64,000 bases of DNA, taken from assembly GCF_009914755.1 (NCBI RefSeq), contig NC_060947.1; one strand, given 5' to 3'. Each line of letters opens with the position of its first letter. Within the stretch, counting starts at the first letter, position 1. Both the position numbers and the translations under genes were made by a program. Under the pieces are notes generated by a model. The model searched no databases. It was not told where the DNA came from and worked only from the letters and a program-made list of their open reading frames with translations. This document shows positions 50,162 to 64,000 of the stretch, piece after piece. This DNA is from the human T2T-CHM13v2.0 reference genome, Homo sapiens.

Positions 50162-51244
50162 GTGCATTTGTGTTCCTTTTACTGCGAGCTGCATTTGGCC
50201 CATGCTGGGGCCAAGTTGGCTGTCTGGGGATGACAAGGAGAGGCTCCTGATGAGCTGTGCTGTGCTGAGCCAGCTGGGGTTGTGCTTGGCCCTCTCTGTG
50301 CACGGGATTTTGCTTTCGTGCTGTTTTATTACTGGCACTGGGCTATCTTGGGGGTAAGAGGGGAAACTGAAGTGGTCAGACAATGAAGTCAATCAGCCAT
50401 TCTCCCAGCCTCCAGTCAGTAATTCTGTCCATTAGCCAGCCAACCAGCCAGCCAGGCAGCTCAGCGGTCAGAATGTGAGGCTGTTAGGCATTCTGTCTGT
50501 CCTGAGCTGGCTTGTCAACCAGGGCATGAGTGAGTCAGACTGCCCTGCAGCCGGCCAGCTCATTAGTCAGCCAGCCATTCAGCCTCTACTTTGGTCAAAT
50601 GGTCTCACATTATATTTGTCAGCCAATGCTATTTTCTCAAAGCTGTCTCCAGTGTCTGAAACCAAATTAGTCACACACGCACACATTCACACTTACCCAC
50701 CCACGTACCACTCCAGGACATTCTACGTTTGGGTAGCTCTCTATACGTTTTCCTCAAAGTACTTATCACACCTCGCAATCATATTTATTTGCATGGTTAT
50801 TTGATTTGGGTTATGTCTTATTTCCTGCTCGATTGTAAGCTCCATGAGGGCAGGAACTAGGTTGGCCTAGTCCTGGAATGAATGGATGCATCTTTCACTT
50901 GGTCATGTTCTCCAGGAGGCATCTAGCCAGTTTATGGCAGCTTGTTGGGTGGACAAAGCAGGGCACAGGAGCATTTCAGCCAGAGGGAACAGCATAGGTT
51001 AAGGTATGAAGATGTGAAGGAACATGAGGAACTGTATTTGTAATTGCTGGAGTATAAGGTGAGGGACAGTGATGGGAGGGGAGCACCAGTGGAGTTAATG
51101 GGAGATATGGTTGGAGATGGAGGTTGGGTCCAGGTCCTGAAGGGATTTGTATGCCATTGTAAGGCAGTTGGATTTTCTACAGGTGATGAGCTATTGAAGA
51201 TTTTAAATAACAATGAGACTTGTGCTTTAGAAAGAGCCTTCAGA

Positions 51245-51681
<437 letters not shown>

Positions 51682-54198
51682 AAGTAGAAAAGAATCTTCA
51701 GGCAACAATATGGAGGTGAAGTGGATTCAAGTGGGTAGAAACTAGAGGGAGAAAGGCCAGTCAAGAGGTTATTGGAGGTTCTTGGGTTAGTGTATCCCAA
51801 CCTTTTCCATATCATGAGAAATGTCACAATTTATATAACAAAACATACAAACAAACGAGGCATACATATATACCAGATGAGGCAGCTTGCGGCCAAAGGC
51901 AATAGGACTGAGAAGCCGAGAGGCTCAGTATCTCAGCACACAGGCCACCCACTCACAAGTACCTTGAGGAGTTTTGATCTGGCAGGAAGATGATAAGGTC
52001 CTGAAATGAAGCAGTGGCAGTAGGGATGGCCGCGATGTGAAAACACCTGAGGCAAGCCTAGTGAGTCTTGGGCCCTCGTGGTAGCCGCCATTTACACTCA
52101 AACCTCTGTATCTGTATATCCTTCTGCCATCAGTGGCAGGGCTACAGTGGCAGCAAGACAGCAAGAAGGGGTATCTGACTCCCTGCCCCCCAAGTTCATT
52201 TCCTTTCCATACTTTTTTGTCTTTATTTTGTTGTATGCAAGTTTGGCCATTCTGTTGTGACTGAGAAACATTCATTAACTGGAGGTACGAAAGTCCCTTC
52301 TACCCCTTCCTAATAATGACTAAAAAGTAATACCTGTCTCTGGCCCCTTTCTCACTGGAAAAAAAAGCCATTGCTCCTCAAGGTACAAACTGTTCCTTTT
52401 TCCTCCCAATGGTATTGCATGAACTCCATAGGAGCATCACTAACTTGTTGCCTTAAAGTTGGGGCAGAGTCCAAATGCCTTATTGTGGCATGCATTGTAA
52501 TTGAATGTACAACAACTATGAAAGAATTCAAGTTAGTATTTGATCCAACACAAGACTGTGTGGTATAGACATAGCACCATATGATTTCTGCAATAGGAAA
52601 AGAATTTAAAGGAGTAGACTGGGCATGTTGATTTTTGAATCTCCAGCATAGAGGTTAAAGCAGACACCCTGATGGAGAAGAATTGAGGGCTGTAGACTGA
52701 GCCTAGGATATAGCTAGGGCGAGGAGGTTGCACATGAAGAACCAACCAAAGAGAGAGATGAAGATGGTCAGATTACAGAACCGGAACACATCTCACAGAA
52801 ACAGAAGCCAAGAGAAGAATTTCCAAAGAAGGTGATTGCTGTTAGCAAATGTAATAACTTGAGATGTGTGATGAATGAATACAGTTGTTTCTAGCTGTAA
52901 AGAAGTTTCACTTCAGCGAGCGCTGTGGCTCATGCCTGTAAATCCCAGCACTTTGGGAGGCCAAGGAGGATCACTTGTGCCCAGGAGTTCAAGACCAACC
53001 TGGGCAACATAGTGAGACCCTGTCTCTATTGAAAAAAAAAAAAGGCAAAAAAGAAGTTTCACTTCTAGATCAGGTGGCTAACTATGGCCCATGAGCCAAA
53101 TCTGACTCACTGCCTGTTTCTGTAAATAAAGTTCTGTTAGAACACAGTCATGCCTATTTGTTTAGTTTACAGATTATCTGTGGCTATTTCCACACTATGT
53201 ACAATGGCAGAGTTGTTGTGACAGAGCCCGTATGGCCCACAGTGCCTAAAATATTTACTCACTAGCCCTTTATAGAAAATGTGTGTTGACCCCTGGCCTA
53301 TATGAACTACAAAATATTCAACTCAGGCTCTGTGTTGGAATCCTGGGAAAAAGAAAACCACTGCAACTTTAGCTAACAGCTGAGCTGGTTTGGAATCAGA
53401 ATTGAGCCCAAGGTAATGGTGATTCAGCCAAGGAAGGCTAATCTAGTTAGTGATCAAGTTCTGTCAGGTCTTCATAATGTCCCTTCCTTTTCACTGGACC
53501 AGCCACCACCCTAGTGGAGGCCCTAACCACCTCTCTCCTAGACTGTTGCAGTAGCCTCCTCATTGGTCAGAGAAGGGCCTCATTTCCTCTGCCTAATTCT
53601 CCTATTTCTTAATGCCTGGTCTGGGTGACCCACAGCCCCATGGCTCCCTCTTTAGCCAGTCTTCAGTGATCTTTATCTGGAAACCACTGCCCTATTCCAA
53701 GGAGAATGTTCCCAAGGCTGACTTCAGTCTGACTCAAACTTGGTCAAGCCATAGTTAAAATTACAATACAGATACTAGGAGGTTTTCTTGAAATAGTGCT
53801 GATTTTCTTGAATAGCATTGCCTGGTCTCTGAAGCAGTTAACCAGTTAACCCCAGGACTAATCTGACTGATTTAGAGTTAGGAACAGAAGTCAACAATGT
53901 ATGCTAGTATTTCCCAAGGTGGGTTAACAACAACAACAACCTTGTTACCATGAGATTTTCTATAAAAATAGATCTTTGTGGTCTAATAAATTCAGAAAAC
54001 TTAGAATATTAAAGCCTTTCTTTTGAGGTTTCCCAGTGCACAACTATATATTAAAGGGTCTTATGAATTCTCATAGTAAAACTATCTGCATAGTGTTATT
54101 TAACCCAATGTCACAAACATATTTGACTAAGGAGCTCTTTTAATAAGCACCAATTAACAATATCTCAAGGACACAGGGAAATAAAGGAAAGGGGATAG

Positions 54199-54516
<318 letters not shown>

Positions 54517-54971
54517 TGAGCAGAGCTGCAGGCCAGAAAGACTTTGGCCCAAAAGGCAGAGTTACAACTTGATTCCACAGAGATTCCTCCATGTCCAGGG
54601 AGGTGTTCTGGGTGTTACAGGGGCATGTGAAGATGAGCAAGACATAGCTCTTGCACCCAAGGGACTTAGAATCGAGGGTGTTCTAGGCCATTCTGAAGTC
54701 TAATCTAAATTCCCAGCTTTACCCCGCTCTCCCGGCTGGCCTGTGTATCTGCTGAGCCCTGGCAAACACAAATACAGCTACACAGCAGTCACATGAGGTT
54801 ATATAATTTTAGTCCTTTTCAGCAAAGGTGGTTCATTAAATGTATAATTAAAGGTTGATTTAATTTTGATACCTGGGTAAGAGGTTATTACAAAGAAATT
54901 CTCAAATCAGAATAAACTATTTGTCAAGCCATGTGCCTCAATTTTTGGTTCAGACAGTATGGTTCCTTTAA

Positions 54972-55424
<453 letters not shown>

Positions 55425-55829
55425 TGACAACATTGTGATTGAGTCAGCCAATGAATGTATTATTAAAATAGCAAACATGATAAATAGAGCCAATTAAATG
55501 GCTGCATTGGATCTAAGGCAAACTTAGCGGTGCAGAGATCTAGAGGAAACTTACAGGTGTTCTGGCTCAGTTGAAGTGAAGATGAAAATGAATATAAAGG
55601 TCTGATGAAAAGGAGGTGGCTCAAAGAACAGGTACTTCACATATTAGACCTAAGGCTCATGTAGATGCAGTAAGTGCTCCCCAACCCCAGCACCCAGAAA
55701 TAATGAGTGAAGCTGAGACTGACATCCAGTAGTTTGCTCTCCTCACATGCTGAATACTCTCAACCCACTTGCCCTTGCTGCTTGACTATTTCTTTCTTCA
55801 AGGCTGTGGTTTTCTGAGTAGTCATATCA

Positions 55830-56428
<599 letters not shown>

Positions 56429-59400
56429 TCAGATCAGATCTCGATCGAGGTGTTTGAGAGCAGACACATACTCCTGATGGATGGCCCAGACCTAGAAGGC
56501 TGTGGACACCCCCCACCCACACACATCTTCTCACCTCTTGTCTCTTCATCACGATCATCATGACATGCCTGAGTTTACATCTCATGACATTGTCCATAGG
56601 AACTAAATGGCAATGCACCAAACACAGATTTGGGAAAGGATAGGTGGCCCCAAGGCATATGAAGGAGATTCCACATAGAAAAGCAAAGGAGCTGACTTAG
56701 GATAGTAAGAAACCAGGGGGCTGAGTTGCTTCAAGTCTCCAGGTGAACAGCTCTGAAGGGGCGGCCATACTAGCAAACCTACAGATGGCCGAATGATGAA
56801 AAAGCCAGCATTAGCATTATCACTGTCACTTCTGCTCTTCCTCTCTCTAATCACATCCAAGTAAACTATACCTCCTACTGAACAGGCTAGAGAGGGAGAA
56901 AATGAAAAGGGAAGATAAAGTGAAGAACCTGGAGCCCAGCCAAAGACCAAATGTGACAGTGAAGATTATTTGGAGGGAATCCACTTTCAGAAGGCACTGG
57001 AGGTGGCTCTGTAGTCCCACCCTACCTAACAAACAGTTTTTTGTCATCCCATCAGCACCCTAGCCAATGCTGGCCCCAAGTATTCCCCTTGCTCTGGGGA
57101 TAGTGGCACCAAGCACAAGAGGGATATGTGCTTCAGTGCAGCCTCACTGAACACATTCCAACATGCCATGTTGCTTTTCCAAAGGCAAATCTGTTTTCTT
57201 GCATTCTCTATGGGCTAGGTGTGGCTTTAAAACACCCCACCCCCCACCACCTTCCTGACTTCTGAGATCCGCCTTCGGCCTGCAGAATGATGGGGGCTCA
57301 TGTTGCCTCTAGCACAGGGCCTCTGTGTCCATGCGGGAGCCAGATGGACCACTGTGATGTCTCTGTTTTTGTGGTACTTCTCCCTCTTGGGGTAGAAATA
57401 ATCAGCTTAGGGGCAGAGACCTACAGAAAGTTCTGCTCTTCCTTCGCCATCTCTTCTGGCCAGAAACATGAGAACTTGAACTAGGCATCATCTCCCTAGG
57501 TACATGGTTTAAATCTTGGGCCCTGTTACTTAGCTTTTTGAACTGTTAGGTGCTCTTGGTGGGTGGAGTGGGGCAGAGTGAGCCTCACAGCTCTACCTGG
57601 GTTCACTGAGCTGCCACTGCCCCAGCAAAGTTCTAGGACTTGGTGTGCACATTTTGTCTCATGGCCGCTAAGAAGGGAAGGGCACAACTGAGGAGACCTC
57701 AGCTCAGGTTACAGTGAAGGGATTATCCGTTCCTGATATTGTAGACTTTTAGGACCAAGGTCCGAAGTTGAGATCAGTTTCCTACACCAGCCCTTACTTT
57801 CATCCCAGAACAGAAGCCCCAATGCCAACTGTTGTTCCTTAACAAAGGCCAATAGGGAATAGGCATCCTCCCAACCTTATCTGGGCTTTTCCCCCAGGGT
57901 CCAAAGCCACAGCCTGGTTAGGTCCTGGTCTCTCAGAAAAGGGAGGAAGAGGTCTGGCCAGCTCTATTCTTGTCCCACAGCAGCTACTGGCTGTCAGCAA
58001 GTCCAACTCAGGGCTCAGCCTATTGGGCCTAAAGGATGAAGTTAAACCAGCAACTGGGAAAGTGAAAACATCACCTTCCTTCAAGTCTCAGAAAAAAAAG
58101 GAGAATGGGGACATGGTAGGGAAGGGACTCCCTCTTGGGCTTTATCAGTAGCTTCACCAAAGGTACTACACTTATTCACTTAACAAATCAAGCACTCATC
58201 ATGTGCCAGGTGCAGAAGCAGCAGCCATGAATAACAGACATAGTCCTTATGATCCTTGCCCTCACATAGGTTACAATCTAGTAGAGGGGAAATACTGACA
58301 GATGATTAAAAGGATAAGGCTAATAACGTAAGTACTTTTGCATTTATATATAAGAGATTCAATAGATACAACAGAGCAGCGCCTGGGTTTGAGGGCCCAG
58401 AAAGGCTTTGAGCTTAGAGAAAGGTCCAGAAAAATGCCAGTTCTCTATCTGTAATGAGGTTGTGGGCAATCTAAAGGCAGCTACCATCTTTCTGCAGCCC
58501 TGAGCTCTCTGTATCCTGGGGTAATCCAGGAAAAAAAGGCTTTGAGGGCCTCAGTTGGAGGAACTCACTCTACGTTTTCTACCATGGTTAGAAAACAGTT
58601 TGGTCTGATGAATTGAATATTTTGGTTAATGGCTACTATATATCCCATGAGTGGCTTACCAATTTTCATGTAGTTAAAACCCAGCAAAATGTACAGAGTA
58701 CTAAAGTAAGACTGAACGTAGTAGACTTGTTTTGGGTGATTCAGAAAGAACATGAGATTCTTGCAAGGCCTCTAGGTCGTCATTATGACCAGTGATTATT
58801 GGACTATAGAATAGAGCAGGGCCAAGTACTAGAATGCTGGCTGAGTCAATGTCACACAGACCGTATGTTTATATATATAAAAATAAGCTGCATATATTTT
58901 CAAACATAACTCCAGTTGAATCACCCTCCTGTTCTTTGCAAGCATTTTTTTCTAGTCAGTCTTCTGAGTGACTGAGTACAGAGGGATAGACTAGGGCAAT
59001 CCCCTTGGGGAAAGCTGATGAGCAATTTACAACATATTTGCAATATGGGAGGCATACTGTCCTGAACCATCAGCCAGCCACACCTGGCATTTTACTGGCA
59101 CTTCTAATCTTCTGCCAGGAGGAGATTTGGGATTCTTCAAGCACATTTTGTCCTCTGATCTGGAAGTCATGGTACCAAGTGGTGGACAGGGCATTACCTG
59201 GCCTTGACAGTCTAGTGCTTAGAGATGTTTCCATCTTGCAGGGAGGGAAGCCACCCTTAGAACTCCAGCCTCTGCCTGAGAGGAGTCACCATCTTCTTAT
59301 TGGGCATGCCACTGGGAGCCACCTTTGATGGCAGCTTATTGCCAGGCTGGCTATCCTGATTGCTCAGCTGTCTCATACGTAGTTAGCACCTGGTACATCC

Positions 59401-59756
59401 CCAGGACCTGTGGACAATGTCTTGGTGTAGAGAGACATAATGAACTTATAGTTCATACTCCTGGCTGATTGCTCCTCCGGAGCACTTATTCCCTAAGTCT
59501 CAGAGGCCTGGATGGAGGGTAATTAAATAATATTTCTCCAACTGACCCAGAGTTCCCTAGATACAGTAAAGCCCAGTAAGGCCTGAACCAACCCCACTCA
59601 TTGATTCTGTATTTAAAGCGGCAACATGGTCTATGGAAAATTGCAAGAGAGATCTGAAGTCACAGAGACTTGGGTTCCAGTCCCTGTTTTGCCATATCTT
59701 AGCTATGGGATCATAACTAAATGCCAGAAACTTAGTCTCAGTTTCCTCATATGTAA

Positions 59757-60162
<406 letters not shown>

Positions 60163-60229
60163 CTTTTGCTGTTTTTTCAAAGACTGAGAGTTCATCATGT
60201 GCCCAGAGCTGTGCTTTAAAAAAAAAAAA

Positions 60230-61834
<1,605 letters not shown>

Positions 61835-64000
61835 TTTTTTTTCTTTTTCTCTTTTTTTCTTTTTCTTTTTTTTTCTTTTTACTTTAAGTTCCGGGATACA
61901 TGTGCAGAATGTGCAGGTTTGCTACATGGGTATACATGTGCCATGGTGGTTTGCTGCTCCTATTCACCCGTCCTCTAAGTTCCCTCCCCTCGCTCCCCCA
62001 CCCCCAACAGGCCCAGGTGTGTGTTGTTACCCACCCTGTGTCCATATTTTCTCATTGTTCAACTCCCATTTATGAGTAAGAACATGCGATGTTTGGTTTT
62101 CTGTTCCTCTGTTAGTTTGCTGAAGATGATGGCTTTCAGCTTCATCCATGTCCCTGCAAAGGACATGATCTCATTCCTTTTTATGGATGCATAGTATCCC
62201 ATGGTGTGTATGTACCACATTTTCATTATCCAGTTTATCACTGATGGGCATTTGGGTTGGTTCCATGACTTTGCTATTGTAAATAGTGCTACAATAAACA
62301 TACGTGTGCATGTATCTTTATAGTAGAATGATTTATATTCCTTTGGGTATATACCCAGTAATGGGATTGCTGAGTCAAATGGTATTTCTGGTTCCAGATC
62401 CTTGAGGAATCATCGTACTGTCTTCCACAATGTTTGAACTAATTTTCACTCCCACCAACAGTGTAAAAGCATTCCTATTTCTCCACAGCCTCACTAGCAT
62501 TTATTGTTTCCTGACTTTTTAATAATCGCCATTCTGACTGGCAAGACATGGTATCTTATTGTGGTTTTGATTTGCATTTCTCTAATGATCAATGATGTTG
62601 AGCATTTTTTTCTTTTTCTTTCTTTTTTTTTTTTTTTTTGAGACAGAGTCTCACTCTGTTGCCCAGGCTGGAGTACAGTGGCGTGATCTCGGCTTACTGC
62701 AACCTCCGCCTCCTGAGTTCAAGCAACTCTTGCCTCAGCCTCCCGAGTAGCTGCAACTACAGGCGCCTGCCACCATGCCCAGCTAATTTTTGTATTTTTA
62801 GTAGAGATGGGGTTTCACCATGTTGACCAGGCTGGTCTCGAACTCCTGACCTCAGGTGATCCACCTGCCTTGGCCTCCCAAAGTGTTTGGATTACAGGTG
62901 TGAGCCACCACGCCTGGCCCTGTTTTGTTTTTTGTTGTTGTTGTTGTTGTTGAGCATTTTTTCATATGTTCGTTGGCCGCGTAAATGTCTTCTTTTGAGA
63001 AGTGTCTGTTCATATTTTTTGCCCACTTTTTTATGGGATTGTTTGTTTTTTTTCCTTGTAAATTTGTTTAAGTTCCTTGTAAATTCTGGTTATTAGACCT
63101 TTGTCAGGTGGATAGATTGCAAAAATTTTCTCTCATTCTGTAGGTTGCCTGTTCACTCTGATGATAGTTTCTTTTGCTGTGCAGAAGCTCTTTAGTTTAA
63201 TTAGATCCCATTTGTCAATTGTGGCTTTTGTCGTAATTGCTTTTGGCATTTTTGTCATGAAATCTTTGCCCATGCCTATGTCCTGAATGGTATTGCCTAG
63301 GTTTTCTTCTAGAGTTTTTATGATTTGGGGTTTTACATTTAAGTCTTTAATCCATCTTGAGTTAATTTTTGTATAAGGTGTAAGGAAGGGGTCCAGTTTC
63401 AGTTTTCTGCATATGGCTAGCCAGTTTTCCCAGCACCATGTATTGAATAGGAGATCCTTTCCCCATTGCTTGTTTTTATCAGGTTCAATGAAGATAAGAT
63501 GGTTGTAGATGTGTGGTGTTATTTCTGAAGTCTCTGTTCTGTTCCACTTGTCTATATGTCTGTTTTGGTACCACTACCATGCTGTTTTGGTTACTGTAGC
63601 CTCGTAGTATAGTTTGAGGTCAGGTAGCATGATGCCTCCAGCTTTGTTCTTTTTGCTTAGGATTGTCTTGGTTATACAGGGTCTTTGATGATTCCATATG
63701 AAATTTAAACTAGTTTTTTCTAATTCAGTGAAGTACATCAATGGTAGTTTGATGGGAATAGCATTGAATCTATAAATTACTTTGATCAGTATGGCCGTTT
63801 TCACAATATTAATTCTTCCTGTCCATGAGAATGGAATGTTTTTGCATTTGCTTGTATCCTCTCATTTCCTTGAGCAGTGGTTTGTAGTTCTCCTTGACAG
63901 GGCCCTTCATGTCCCTTGTTAGCTGTATTCCTAGGTATTTTATTCTCTTTGTAGTGATTGTGAATGGGAGTTCATTCATGATTTGGCTCTCTGCTTGTCT
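61835..64000 (-). mobile_element. L1PA (about PA7/8-like) 3'UTR and ORF2 C-terminus, with Alu at about 62611-62919 (TSD tgttgagcattt); runs off the window
   Basis: poly-T head, tttaagttccgggatacatgtgcag; ORF 63574..63804 [12 protein letters not shown]...[20 protein letters not shown] is L1 ORF2. Confidence 0.92.

Noticed and set aside
61835-64000. Active L1 / intact ORF2
   Set aside because: Fragmented ORF2, Alu insertion, older L1PA subfamily

Overview
Primate (human-like) genomic DNA, rich in Alu, L1, L2, MIR and MER repeats. The + strand carries the PDZ- and FERM-coding exons of FRMPD3: 12 firm exons from 5325 to 55212 plus two doubtful upstream mini-exons. All have GT-AG boundaries and splice in phase, and the gene continues beyond the right edge. 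The main unexpected observation is on the - strand between about 25.3 kb and the left edge, interleaved with the FRMPD3 exons. It is a chain of about 22 decayed coding exons with splice signals, several very short introns (73-114 nt), largely concordant phases and protein-like translations broken by scattered stops, frameshifts and TE insertions. This reads as a nested antisense unprocessed (probably unitary) pseudogene of well over 1,000 codons, weakly reminiscent of the N-terminal tail of axonemal dynein heavy chains (DNHD1/DNAH6-like). It lies roughly where I recall the lncRNA FRMPD3-AS1 being annotated (unverified). Pseudo-exon translations were done by hand, frames in decayed exons are inferred, and repeat boundaries are approximate.
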